DNA from: an uncultured archaeon
Lineage (GTDB): Archaea > Altiarchaeota > Altiarchaeia > IMC4 > QMZM01
Direction: 5' to 3'
Length of the DNA stretch: 64,000 bases
Assembly: GCA_964549685.1 (NCBI GenBank)
Contig: CAZJVE010000002.1
Location: forward strand, 1-64,000
A program made the translations under genes and the position numbers. Shown piece after piece: positions 29,298 through 38,976 of this stretch (positions are counted from its first letter, which is position 1; the number at the start of each line of letters is the position of its first letter). The notes under the pieces were generated by a model. That model ran no database searches, had not been told where the DNA came from, and saw nothing but the letters and a program-made list of their open reading frames with translations.

Positions 29298-29795
29298 TTA
29301 CTCAACCCTCCTGAATTGATTCTTCGGAAACCCGCAGACGGGACAGCCTTCAGGAGCCTCGCCCTCGGCTATGTAGCCGCAGTTCTCACAGAGATTATAC
29401 TCGGCCGCCTTCAAATCATCTCCCGCATCCACCGCATCAAGGGCCCTCTTGTAAATCTCCGCATGAATCTTCTCCACATCATTGGCCCACCTGAAACTAT
29501 CCACGGCCTCTGTATTATTCTCGCCCCTTGCCTCCTCTATAAAGCCCGGATACATCTCGGTAAACTCGTAGGTTTCTCCCTTGATTGCATCGCTAAGATT
29601 CCTCTTCGTATCCCCGACGCCAAGAATCTTCAGATGGTTCAGCGCATGGATTGTTTCTGACTCTGCCGCTGCCTTGAAAAGCTTCGCGACCTGCTCGAAG
29701 CCCTCCTCTTTGGCCTTCTTAGAAAAAGCAAGGTACTTCCTGTTCGCCTGGCTCTCGCCCGCAAAGGCATCCTTAAGATTGGATTCAGTAGACAT
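29298..29795 (-). CDS. rbr: Rubrerythrin
   Basis: [18 protein letters not shown]...MYP, EKIH, CENCGY...CPVCG. Confidence 0.95.
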   Translation of the reverse strand: MSTESNLKDAFAGESQANRKYLAFSKKAKEEGFEQVAKLFKAAAESETIHALNHLKILGVGDTKRNLSDAIKGETYEFTEMYPGFIEEARGENNTEAVDSFRWANDVEKIHAEIYKRALDAVDAGDDLKAAEYNLCENCGYIAEGEAPEGCPVCGFPKNQFRRVE

Positions 29796-29838
29796 TTTAT
29801 TCACCACTATACCTTAGGTATACAAAGTATATTAACTA

Positions 29839-30744
29839 CTACTTACGCCTTACAAGATAACTGTAGGCTGAAAGAGCGGCCTTCGATCCCTCCCCCGCCG
29901 CTATGATAATCTGCTTCTCCAGGACGTCTGTACAATCTCCTGCAGCGAATATTCCAGGAACGGAGGTCTCGTTCCTGTTGCTGACCTTAATCTCGTTCGA
30001 CTCGTTAAGCTCAACAATCCCCTGCAGGAATTCAACCACCGGAACAGAGCCAATCTCAACAAAGATTCCCTGGACCGGAATCTCCCGGCTCTTATCGCTT
30101 TCCTTCACCACTATAGCACTGACAAACTTCTCACCCTTAATCTCAATGGTTTCACTATTATTTAGAATTTCAACCCTATCGGAACTCTTTACTTTTTCTC
30201 TTGTAACCTCATCCCCTCCCAGCACCGGGTCAGTATTTATTAGATATACCCTGTTCGCAATCTTCGTCAGCTGGAAGGTCGCATCAAGCGCGGCGTTCCC
30301 GCCGCCGACCACGGCTACGTCCTTGCCCTTGAACAGCGGGGCATCACAAGTAGCACAGTAGGCAACGCCTCTCCCCGCAAACTCTTTCTCGCCCGGGACG
30401 TTCAGCCTCTTTGGCGTCTTTCCGGATGCGACTATCACGGCCCTTCCCTGAAATTTTTCCTCGCCAGCAGAAACCTCAAAGCCGGAATCCACCGGCCTCA
30501 GGGATGTAACCTCCTTTCCTTCCTTAAAATCAACCCCGAATTTCTCAACGTGCTCCCTGAACTTCTTAACTAATTCAGCGCCGGAAACCAGGTTATAGCC
30601 CAGATAATTCTCAACCTCCCAGGAGAGGGCCGCCTGCCCCCCAACGTCTTTTGCAAGAACCAGAGTATTCAGTTTCTTCCTTGCCGCATATATTGCGGCA
30701 GTCAGCCCTGCCGGGCCGGCACCAATAATTATTAAATCATGCAT
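29839..30744 (-). CDS. trxB: Thioredoxin-disulfide reductase
   Basis: GAGPAGLTAA, YCATCD, VGGGNAA, FAAGD. Confidence 0.95.
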   Translation of the reverse strand: MHDLIIIGAGPAGLTAAIYAARKKLNTLVLAKDVGGQAALSWEVENYLGYNLVSGAELVKKFREHVEKFGVDFKEGKEVTSLRPVDSGFEVSAGEEKFQGRAVIVASGKTPKRLNVPGEKEFAGRGVAYCATCDAPLFKGKDVAVVGGGNAALDATFQLTKIANRVYLINTDPVLGGDEVTREKVKSSDRVEILNNSETIEIKGEKFVSAIVVKESDKSREIPVQGIFVEIGSVPVVEFLQGIVELNESNEIKVSNRNETSVPGIFAAGDCTDVLEKQIIIAAGEGSKAALSAYSYLVRRK

Positions 30745-30979
30745 TTCCCTGCTGACTTAATGCCTTCTCAATCTCCTCCTTGTTGAAGCCGACGATAATC
30801 TTTCCATCTATATCTATCACGGGAACGCCCATCTGCCCGCTCTTCTCAATCATCTCCTCGGCCGCCTTCTGGTCCGCGGCAACGTCGATGTACTCGAATT
30901 CAACGCCCTTTTCCTTCAGATACTCCTGTGCCATCTTGCAGTAGGGGCACGTCGGAGTAGAATATACCTTAACTGCCAT
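30737..30979 (-). CDS. Glutaredoxin-like (NrdH/YruB) protein
   Basis: YSTPTCPYC, GQMGVPVI. Confidence 0.93.
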   Translation of the reverse strand: MAVKVYSTPTCPYCKMAQEYLKEKGVEFEYIDVAADQKAAEEMIEKSGQMGVPVIDIDGKIIVGFNKEEIEKALSQQGNA

Positions 30980-31017
30980 TTTAATTCTCTATTGATTTGG
31001 GTTCAGGGATTTATATA

Positions 31018-32247
31018 CTATATAAGGGACATGGAAGCCAGCCCCGCGAGGATGACTATCCCAAAGATAGTCGCAATCCACGTCCCGAATTTTTTGCCTC
31101 CTAGGAACCACCCATAGAAGGCCTTCACAGCAGTATTCGTAATAGCGGCGATGGTTATGGCCTTGACGGCCACGTTTGCGGGAATCTGTATGGTACTCAT
31201 CGCAAGCACTATGGCGTCCACATCAACCAGGCCCGATATTACGCTTGTCATATAAACTCCAGACTCGCCGAGATACATGTTCGAAATCTTCGACAGGAAG
31301 AGGATGCATACAAAGAGAAAGCCGAACTTCAGGGCAGGGCCCAGCGTAAGCGGGGCCTCGAGCTTCGTTCCCTTCTTTATCTTCTTCCTGGGCCATAATA
31401 GCAGAGATATCAGTATCCCTGTAACTGCCATGGAAACCATCGGAACGAGCAGCGCTTCAAAGATGGCGTAGTTTATTATGAAGACCACGATAAGGACGCG
31501 AAGGAACATGACCGAATTTGCGAGAACCGTGGCAAAAACCCCCGGCCTGAGAATCCTGCTGTTGGCTTTTACCTCACTGGCCATCGTCGCAGTAACGGCA
31601 GTGCTGGACACAAGGCCGCCGAGCAGACCAGTAACTCCTATTCCCTTCTCAGGGCCCAGGACCTTCACCATGATATAGCCCAGGTAGCTCAGTGCCGATA
31701 TAAGCACTACCAGGAGCCAGGCCTGGTGCGGGTTGAATACCCCCAGCGGGTCTATGGTCGTGTCGGGCAGCAACGGCAGAATCACAAATGCAATTATACC
31801 GAACTTCAGGGTATCACTCATTTCCTGCTCATCTATCCCCCTGACGAAGCGGTGCATCCTCTTCTTGAACTTCAGCAGGACCGTGAGCACTATTGCGAGT
31901 ATTACTGCAATGTTCCTCATCTCGTCGAAGTAGCACATGAAGCCCAGCATGAACGTAACAAGTGCGGAGAACTCAGTGGTGACTCCCCAGTCCTTGGTCA
32001 CCTTGGCTGTGAAGAAGTACTCCATGGCGACTATAACTAGCAGGCCGAGAAACGCAACGAAAACGAAATACTCAAAATAAAGAAAACTTATCATGGCGCT
32101 GAGAGTTCCGAAGAGCGAGATGATTATGAAGGTCCTTATCCCGGCGCCCCCTATACCTCTGTGCCTTTTGCGCTCTCTCTCCATGCCAATGAGCGCACCA
32201 ATCAGCATCGCAACGAAAAAGCCGTAGAGGATGTTGTAGTCCATCAT
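31018..32247 (-). CDS. MgtC/SapB-DUF4010 membrane protein
   Basis: IGMERE, GIRTF, GVTTE, GGLVSSTAVT, SGLVDVDAI. Confidence 0.9.
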   Translation of the reverse strand: MMDYNILYGFFVAMLIGALIGMERERKRHRGIGGAGIRTFIIISLFGTLSAMISFLYFEYFVFVAFLGLLVIVAMEYFFTAKVTKDWGVTTEFSALVTFMLGFMCYFDEMRNIAVILAIVLTVLLKFKKRMHRFVRGIDEQEMSDTLKFGIIAFVILPLLPDTTIDPLGVFNPHQAWLLVVLISALSYLGYIMVKVLGPEKGIGVTGLLGGLVSSTAVTATMASEVKANSRILRPGVFATVLANSVMFLRVLIVVFIINYAIFEALLVPMVSMAVTGILISLLLWPRKKIKKGTKLEAPLTLGPALKFGFLFVCILFLSKISNMYLGESGVYMTSVISGLVDVDAIVLAMSTIQIPANVAVKAITIAAITNTAVKAFYGWFLGGKKFGTWIATIFGIVILAGLASMSLI

Positions 32248-32393
32248 TACTTATTCGTTCAAGAGGTTTTTATACCTATCTGTTCAGTAGACGGGAAGAC
32301 GACAGCCGGAATTCCTCCGCATTCCACCGGGGAATTCAAGGTGCACTCGGCCCGCAGGCCGACGTGCGCCAAATGATCAAACTTTTTTAAGTT

Positions 32394-32476
32394 TGCGGGG
32401 GACGAGGTTCGAACTCGCGTAGACCTGCGCCACTAGGTCCTAAGCCTAGCCCCTTTGACCACTCGGGCACCCCCGC
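32394..32476 (-). tRNA. tRNA-Leu(TAG), intronless, CCA not encoded
   Basis: GCGGGGG acceptor stem, CTAGG-CTTAGGA-CCTAG anticodon arm, long variable arm, GTTCGAA T-loop. Confidence 0.97.
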
Positions 32477-32538
32477 AAATGAAAGGGATGAACTATTAGG
32501 TACTATATAGGATGGCTACAGAAATAAATGCGCCCTCA

Positions 32539-32868
32539 TCAGGCCTTCTTCTCCAGTTTCTCCAATCTGTGCTCCAGGTCCCTGATTCTCCAGCCGCTGA
32601 CCTCCTTACCCTTTCCTCTCCTGAGGCTCTTTATCTCCTCATCGCCCTTCTTGAGCAGCTCCTGGTCAATCCCAAGAACCCTCTCAATATCGTCTAGCTC
32701 CCCCCTGTATCTAAACAGAACGCCGCATATCATCATGACGCATGAAAGCACGAGCAGGACGGCGCTGAAGCTGCTAATTCCCGTGTAAAAGACGTCCTTC
32801 AGCGACATTATTGCAAGAACTATCCCACTGCCTACAAAGACAATGGCAATGAAGAGGTTTGTTTTCAT
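32539..32868 (-). CDS. Small two-TM protein with C-terminal coiled coil
   Basis: Two hydrophobic helices; 4-bp overlap with the upstream gene. Confidence 0.65.
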   Translation of the reverse strand: MKTNLFIAIVFVGSGIVLAIMSLKDVFYTGISSFSAVLLVLSCVMMICGVLFRYRGELDDIERVLGIDQELLKKGDEEIKSLRRGKGKEVSGWRIRDLEHRLEKLEKKA

Positions 32869-34109
32869 TCTATACGTGTTTGCTCTCCTCCACCCTTTTG
32901 TTTAGGCTCCTCCGCCTTCCTATCCTCCTGATGGGGTTTCTCTACTACTCTATCCTCCTGCTTAGGCTCCTCCGCCTTCCTATCTTCATGACCTGGTTCC
33001 TCTACCGTCTTCTCTTCCTGCTTAGGTTCCTCACCCTTCTCATCATCCTGTTTGGCTTCCTCCACCACTCTACTCTCCTGCTTAGGTTCCTCAGCCCTCC
33101 CATCCCCCTGACTAGGGCCCTCCACTTTCTCGATAACGCTATTGTAAAGGTCCTCCAGCTCCTTGTCGAACCTATCCGCTGTTATGAACCTGCCCCCTCC
33201 GACACCATCCAGCTTCTCCTGCATGGATTCCAGGCTGGACAGCGAGCTGTTCGCATTGCTAATCATGGAATCGAGTTCTTTCTTCTTCCCCTCCATCTCC
33301 GATGCAATGTTCTTGATGGAGGTCACACTTGCTTCAAACTCGCCCTTTATCTTGCTTATATCGTCTTTGGTTACGAGCTCGTCGAAATGCACCTTCATCT
33401 TGCTCGCGTCCTTCATGAATACGTTGAATGATTTCTCGAGGGACTCGAATTTCTCGGACATCTTCAGGAACTCGTTGAATCTCTTCTGCATGTTGACATA
33501 GAGCTCCTCGACCTTGTCTGCGTGCTTCTCCACACTCAATTCAACCCTTTTGATATTCGCAAGCTCCTCTTTAATCTCCTCATTCAACTGTATGACTGCT
33601 TCCGTGCCCCGGAACGCGGCCGTTTCCGCCTTCAGGGTCTTTATCTCGTCCGCTATATGGCCCATCAACTCCTCATCGGCCTTCAGCTTTGCCTCAAGCT
33701 TTGTGACCTTGGCATCCTCCTTTTCCAGGTCCATCCTCAGCTTTTCTGGCTGCACCGAGCCTACCAAGTCAACTGCCCTGCTGGATTCCATCCTCATCCT
33801 GTTCATCCCCTTTTCCATCTCGACGCCGCTCCTGCGCAAGTCGCCAATCTCCTCGCTCATCCTCTGGAACCTCTGCTCGTTCAGCTGCCTTATCTCCCTG
33901 AACGACTGCACCTCGGCCTTCAGCTTATCGATGTCCATACCTATCTTTTTCGTGACATCGTCGGGGTCTCTCGGGATTATCTCCCTCTGGACCGGTTCTG
34001 CTGCCTCCGGCTCCTTGCTGCCGCGCACGTTCTCTTCGATGATTTTGTCTATGTCTGCCTGCTCATCAGCACCTTTGCCTCTTTTCAATATGTTGGGTAA
34101 TCCTACCAT
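32865..34109 (-). CDS. Coiled-coil protein with repetitive acidic C-terminal tail
   Basis: Heptad-rich; EEPKQE repeats. Confidence 0.75.
   Translation of the reverse strand: MVGLPNILKRGKGADEQADIDKIIEENVRGSKEPEAAEPVQREIIPRDPDDVTKKIGMDIDKLKAEVQSFREIRQLNEQRFQRMSEEIGDLRRSGVEMEKGMNRMRMESSRAVDLVGSVQPEKLRMDLEKEDAKVTKLEAKLKADEELMGHIADEIKTLKAETAAFRGTEAVIQLNEEIKEELANIKRVELSVEKHADKVEELYVNMQKRFNEFLKMSEKFESLEKSFNVFMKDASKMKVHFDELVTKDDISKIKGEFEASVTSIKNIASEMEGKKKELDSMISNANSSLSSLESMQEKLDGVGGGRFITADRFDKELEDLYNSVIEKVEGPSQGDGRAEEPKQESRVVEEAKQDDEKGEEPKQEEKTVEEPGHEDRKAEEPKQEDRVVEKPHQEDRKAEEPKQKGGGEQTRIE
32885..33105 (-). repeat. 30/60-bp tandem repeat encoding EEPKQE-x4 units
   Basis: ttaggctcctccgccttcctatc at 32902 and 32962; cttaggttcctc at 33021 and 33081. 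Confidence 0.85.
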
Positions 34110-34146
34110 CTTCGGTTAGATATTTTATTTAGTAGTTATTATACAT

Positions 34147-34872
34147 CTAGTAATAGGGAGTCGGTATCCCCAGGAACAGCGTGCTCAGGACAAGCAGGAG
34201 CATTCCTGCAATGGCTGCCGTGAGCATCAGTGCAAGGAAGACGTACATCGCCCTGCTGAACCCGAATATTATCTTTATCCCGAGGTACAGGACATATATC
34301 GAATATGCAAGTGCTATGTAGTGTATAATCGTGCTCTCGAGAAACAGCCTGAATATGCCTGTAATGAGGGCAGGCACCATGAAGTACAATGTAAGCGACG
34401 TTGCCTCCTCGTTTGTTACAGCCTTGCCGACAAGACGCTCCCCCTTGAAACGAAGCACAATCGCTGTCGCTATTGTAACAAAGACGTATGACATCCAGTA
34501 GACATACCCCAGCTTTATCGACGTGATTACCGCATGCACCGGGTATGAGAAGAATATGAAGTGCAGCGTATACCCAAGGAAAACGGACAAACCAAGGAGC
34601 AGCAGCAGCCTGACCGTATAGTTGCCATACCAGAGCGCAATGAGAAGAGCGACAGAGAGCGCAACCAATAATATCATCCAGTCGGATATGAAAACGCAGG
34701 ACATCAGCGACAGCAGGGCCCAGAGGAACATGACGTAGATGTTCATGCCCTCCCTCTTCCCTAACCCTCTAAAGAAGTCCCCCGCAGCATACGGGTTCAT
34801 CAGCTTGGCCAGGTCTTTCAGGGTCCACCCAATGGCATCATGGATATCGGGAATATCAAGTCTGAATCCCAT
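34147..34872 (-). CDS. Multi-pass membrane protein, Yip1-like
   Basis: Start MGFRLDIP at 34872 (the longer ORF-track start overlaps thiI); AYSIYVLYLGIK resembles the Yip1 C-terminal motif. Confidence 0.6.
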   Translation of the reverse strand: MGFRLDIPDIHDAIGWTLKDLAKLMNPYAAGDFFRGLGKREGMNIYVMFLWALLSLMSCVFISDWMILLVALSVALLIALWYGNYTVRLLLLLGLSVFLGYTLHFIFFSYPVHAVITSIKLGYVYWMSYVFVTIATAIVLRFKGERLVGKAVTNEEATSLTLYFMVPALITGIFRLFLESTIIHYIALAYSIYVLYLGIKIIFGFSRAMYVFLALMLTAAIAGMLLLVLSTLFLGIPTPYY

Positions 34873-34905
34873 TTTAATTACTAATTGGTATAACCTCCAA
34901 TAAAA

Positions 34906-35997
34906 ATGTATAATATGGTCATTGTTCGCTATGGGGAGATATTCCTCAAGAGCGAGCCGGTCAGGAAGCGGTTCGAGGACAGGCTCCTGGAGGACATAAG
35001 GCGCAGGCTGAAGGGCGCCGAGTTCAAGATAAAGAGGAAGAGGCACAGAATCTATGTTGTAACCAAGGAGCCGGAAAAGGTTGCAGCGCTCCTTACCAGG
35101 GTGTTTGGGATTGTCTCTGTGAGTCCCGCGGTCGAGGCCTCCTCTGACATGGACGAGATAGTCGAGACGGCGCTTGCATTAGCAAAGGACGCAATCCTTC
35201 CTAACGAAACCTTCGCAGTCCGTGCAGAGCGCACAGGCAACCACGAATTCAGCAGCAAGGATGTGGAAGAAAAGGCCGGCAGGGAAATTCTGAATTCCCT
35301 TGATACTAAAGTAAATCTCAGCAACCCCGACAAGACCATATACGTTGAGGTCCGTGACGAGGTCGCATTCGTCTTCGATCGGAAAATAAAGGGCCCCGGG
35401 GGACTGCCCTCCGGAACGCAGGGCAAGCTAATCTCCCTCCTCTCCGCAGGAATCGACTCCCCAGTAGCTACATGGATGATGATGAAGCGCGGCTGCAGGA
35501 TAATTGCCCTCCATGCCGGGAACGAGAAGGAGGTCGAGGGAATTCTGGAGAGATTGAGGGAATATGGTAGTGACATTGAATTAAAATGTTTTGACATTTC
35601 CGGCATCCAGAAAGAAGCCAACAGAGTCGCCGGGAAATTCACCTGTCTAATCTGCAAGAGAACCATGTATAAAATTGCAGGAATTCTTGCAGAGAGGGAA
35701 CACGCCCTTGGAATCTGCACCGGCGAGAGCCTTGGACAGGTCGCGAGCCAGACCATCGACAACCTGGAGATTCTGGACAACGCAGCCAGCCTGCCGGTCT
35801 ACAGGCCATTAATCGGCATGGACAAGGAGGAGACCATAGCCATCGCAAAGAGGATTGGGACCTTCGAGCACGCCTCAAACAAGGGCTGCGACTTCGTCCC
35901 GAAAAAGCCGGCCACCAGGGCAGACCTCACCGAGATAGAGAAGCTCGAGGAAAAGCTCGGCATCAATGAACTGATTGAAAAATGTCTGAGCCAGTAG
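34906..35997 (+). CDS. thiI: tRNA 4-thiouridine synthase ThiI (THUMP + PP-loop, no rhodanese domain)
   Basis: VRYGEIFLKS, GGLPSGTQG, LLSAGIDSPVA, CLICKR, GESLGQVASQT, RPLIGMDK. Confidence 0.95.
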   Translation: MYNMVIVRYGEIFLKSEPVRKRFEDRLLEDIRRRLKGAEFKIKRKRHRIYVVTKEPEKVAALLTRVFGIVSVSPAVEASSDMDEIVETALALAKDAILPNETFAVRAERTGNHEFSSKDVEEKAGREILNSLDTKVNLSNPDKTIYVEVRDEVAFVFDRKIKGPGGLPSGTQGKLISLLSAGIDSPVATWMMMKRGCRIIALHAGNEKEVEGILERLREYGSDIELKCFDISGIQKEANRVAGKFTCLICKRTMYKIAGILAEREHALGICTGESLGQVASQTIDNLEILDNAASLPVYRPLIGMDKEETIAIAKRIGTFEHASNKGCDFVPKKPATRADLTEIEKLEEKLGINELIEKCLSQ

Positions 35998-36701
35998 TCT
36001 TGTTCTCTGCCAAGGATTTGGCAGGAAGGAACATCGTAAGCCGGTTGGGGAAGGCCACCAAGCTCTCTGACTCTGCCCTCTACATGGAAGGGCTCGACCT
36101 CGACCCCTCCGTCGCCATCGTCGCATCGCGCCACTCCTCAAAGTCAGGCACCCCGACTCTAACTTGCCACTCCCCCGGGAACTTCGGCAAGGCCGAGGCA
36201 GGAGGAAACCCAAGGCAGCTGGGAATCGCCCCGGCGCTCTATCTGAGGGAGGCTCTCCTCAATCTTAAAGAGAATTCCCCGGCGGGCTACGAGGTATCGT
36301 TCGAGGTCACCCACCACGGTCCCACAGCATTGAAATTCCCAATAATGTTTGTGGAAGTGGGAAGTACAGAGAAGGAATGGGGGGACATGCAGGCGTGCAG
36401 CTTCGTTGCAGGAGTAATAGAAAAATTATTGAATTCACCCCCCGCGGAAATTCCTCCCGCTATTGGTTTTGGTGGTGGCCATTATTGTAGAAAATTCTCA
36501 AAAATATCCGAATTTGCCCTTGGGCATATCTGCCCAAAGTACAGCATCCCCCACCTGGACGCAGAGATGCTGGAGCAGATGATAACCAGAACCGTCCCTG
36601 AACCAAAAGCAGCGCTGGTCGAGAAGAAGGGATTGGGGCCGGATAAGAGGAGGGTTTTGGCTCTCATAGAAGAAACTGAGCTTGAGGTTGTGGTGGTGTG
36701 A
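35982..36701 (+). CDS. dtdA: D-aminoacyl-tRNA deacylase (archaeal DTD2)
   Basis: SRHSS..PTLTCHSPGN, EVTHHGPT, FVEVGS, GFGGGHY, GHICPKY. Confidence 0.93.
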   Translation: MSEPVVLFSAKDLAGRNIVSRLGKATKLSDSALYMEGLDLDPSVAIVASRHSSKSGTPTLTCHSPGNFGKAEAGGNPRQLGIAPALYLREALLNLKENSPAGYEVSFEVTHHGPTALKFPIMFVEVGSTEKEWGDMQACSFVAGVIEKLLNSPPAEIPPAIGFGGGHYCRKFSKISEFALGHICPKYSIPHLDAEMLEQMITRTVPEPKAALVEKKGLGPDKRRVLALIEETELEVVVV

Positions 36702-36802
36702 GTGGGGTGACTCTCGAGGTTCTGAAATTTATGGAGATGGCGAGTGGGTTGAAGAGTTAGGCACTACGCTATTACCTTTTCTTTTGGGAAATCTAATCCT
36801 AC

Positions 36803-38299
36803 ATGATGAAGAGATATGTTATTCTTGTTCTGGTCTTGGTAGTTGTGATGAGTGGATGTGTTGAAAAACAGATTCCAGCAACTACAACTACGGTCGTAAG
36901 CACCACCACAATTCAGCCTAAGGAAGTGATTGTCCTTACGGATAAGTCTGAGTACGTGCAGGGAGAAGTAGTAGATGTTGCAGTTACAAATTACTTAGAT
37001 GAGAGCGTATGGTATCGGAAATGGTGTGGGATGTTGTCATTTTGGTTTTTAGAAAAAGATGTAGGTGGTGAGTGGGAAGGAGTTCAGATAAGAGGGCCTT
37101 GCTTGTCTGCAACATCTCCACTATTTATAGAATTGGAGTCGGGGGGCAGCATTAGCAGTAGTTGGGATATGTACTGGTACGTGGGAGGATGGAACTACAG
37201 CAAGCCTGTTGAGAACCTTGGTCTAGCTGAACCAGGCACATACAGATTTGGTTTTGTCTATCATCCCAACTGCAGTAAAGTGCAAGATTATTATGACTGT
37301 AAGTATCCGCTGAATCCAATAACGGTTTACTCGAATGAATTTACTGTCAAAGAGGGTCAGAATATAACCACAACCAGCACAACCACGACTGTAATCACCT
37401 ATCCACGGGGAGTTGAGTTTGAGGCATTATCCCAGAGCCTCAGATGCAATAGAGCTAGAGGGTCATCAAGAGATGTGATAAAAACTGAAGAGGAACTAAA
37501 AGAGATGTGGGATTCTGATTTAGGTGAACTTCCAAAGGTAAATTTTTCCGATGAGATGGTGCTTGCGGTGTTTTACGGCAGTACAAGCGGAAAGGGTATT
37601 GAAATAACTGAAATTCTGGAGATGGAGGACAAGATCGTAGTGATTTTTGATATAAGATACTGGATTGATAATACGAGACGTCGTTCGAACCCGTGCTACA
37701 TTGTAAGCATAGGTAGAACGGATAAACCAATCGTGTTCGTTGAGAATAGGAAATACTGCACAGGGGATGGGGATTGCGTACTGGGCCCAAGAGAATCGGC
37801 TTCGCTCTACTTCTATGAGTGGTGCGATCAAAGCGAGTGCATCAACAACGAAGGATACGGGGAGGAAAAAACAAAATATGCTAACAAGACGGACTGCAAG
37901 GTCCAGCATGCACCCGTATCCTGCACATGTGTCGATAGCACATGCACTGCAATATCTGAGGACGAAATCTCGGAGTATCTGGTCAAAAAATACGAACCAT
38001 ATCCCTGGCACGGCATGCCGCAGGTTTTTTCTGATGAGATTGTTAACGAGACGTTGAGTCAGAATCAGGAGCTGGTGAACTTTATAATCGATAGATTTAA
38101 CACCACAAATGATTTTGATATATTTGAAAAAATAAGTCAGTTTAAGAGTATTACACTAACAAAAACTGATTTCGGTTATAATTTCACTTTTAGTAGCGGG
38201 GGCTGCGTCGTTACCACATACGAAGGAAAGATAAGGATTGACGCAGGTCAGATAATTGATGAGGTAACGAGTGAGGTTGATAGATCTATTCCTTGCTGA
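36803..38299 (+). CDS. Lipoprotein with Ig-like, PrcB-C-like and Cys-rich modules
   Basis: VVMSG/C lipobox; Thr linkers; LPKVNFSDEMVLAVFYG; AT-richer than the flanks. Confidence 0.7.
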   Translation: MMKRYVILVLVLVVVMSGCVEKQIPATTTTVVSTTTIQPKEVIVLTDKSEYVQGEVVDVAVTNYLDESVWYRKWCGMLSFWFLEKDVGGEWEGVQIRGPCLSATSPLFIELESGGSISSSWDMYWYVGGWNYSKPVENLGLAEPGTYRFGFVYHPNCSKVQDYYDCKYPLNPITVYSNEFTVKEGQNITTTSTTTTVITYPRGVEFEALSQSLRCNRARGSSRDVIKTEEELKEMWDSDLGELPKVNFSDEMVLAVFYGSTSGKGIEITEILEMEDKIVVIFDIRYWIDNTRRRSNPCYIVSIGRTDKPIVFVENRKYCTGDGDCVLGPRESASLYFYEWCDQSECINNEGYGEEKTKYANKTDCKVQHAPVSCTCVDSTCTAISEDEISEYLVKKYEPYPWHGMPQVFSDEIVNETLSQNQELVNFIIDRFNTTNDFDIFEKISQFKSITLTKTDFGYNFTFSSGGCVVTTYEGKIRIDAGQIIDEVTSEVDRSIPC

Positions 38300-38377
38300 G
38301 GTAGAGTGAGTTAGGCACTACATCTGTGTGCTATCAGTTACTCCTGCAAAACTTGGATTGCGACGAGGTTCTTTAAA

Positions 38378-38911
38378 TCAGGCCTTAATCTTTTTAGCTA
38401 TTTCAGCTCTGAGCTCTTCTTTTTCTTCTTTCGATATTCCAGCACATCCCTCTTTGCTGACTAATGAATCTACCATGTTAACTGCAAAATCAATTCGTTT
38501 TTCTTTTGGCATGTAAGGAAACATAGCATCAAGGCAATGCGGCATCATCTTCATCATCATATTTGGCATCAGCATACCTCCATCAACATTATCCTTACCC
38601 ATCATTTTCATCATTGCCGGCATCATTTTTTCCATGAATTTCGGCAGTGCATCCATTAGTTTAGGAATTGCTTCACTTAGTGAAGTAACTCCCTTCAATA
38701 TTTCAGGAAACAATTTTTTAAGAATATTAAACACATCATCTAAACTGATGTTTTTCATCATCCCACTCATCATCTGTGGCATAACCTCTGCCATATCGAC
38801 GCCTTCCATCATCTTTGGCATCATCTTAAGCATCATATCCTCTTTCTCCTCTTTACTCATTCTAGAAATCATCATATCCATCATCTTATCCATTATCCCC
38901 ATTTTACCCAC
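38378..38911 (-). CDS. Methionine-rich hypothetical protein
   Basis: About 38 Met in 177 aa; SD-like GAGGAGG upstream; AT-rich. Confidence 0.7.
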   Translation of the reverse strand: MGKMGIMDKMMDMMISRMSKEEKEDMMLKMMPKMMEGVDMAEVMPQMMSGMMKNISLDDVFNILKKLFPEILKGVTSLSEAIPKLMDALPKFMEKMMPAMMKMMGKDNVDGGMLMPNMMMKMMPHCLDAMFPYMPKEKRIDFAVNMVDSLVSKEGCAGISKEEKEELRAEIAKKIKA

Positions 38912-38976
38912 CTCCTCAAAATTATCTATCCTATCTTAACTATCTTAACGATACTATATTAATCATTTTTCTGACG

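Noticed and set aside
32250-32476. Integrated element at tRNA-Leu
   Set aside because: I found no duplicate of the tRNA 3' end and no integrase in the window.
32885-33105. Possible CRISPR array (also considered for the repeats at 21700-22300)
   Set aside because: The repeats are in-frame coding repeats with no unique spacers, and there are no cas genes.
34873-35046. N-terminal extension of the 34147-35046 ORF
   Set aside because: It overlaps thiI on the opposite strand; ATG 34872 next to the AT-rich divergent spacer is the better start.
38925-38950. Short tandem tatcttaac repeat upstream of the Met-rich gene
   Set aside because: Only two 9-bp copies in AT-rich DNA, too weak to call an operator.
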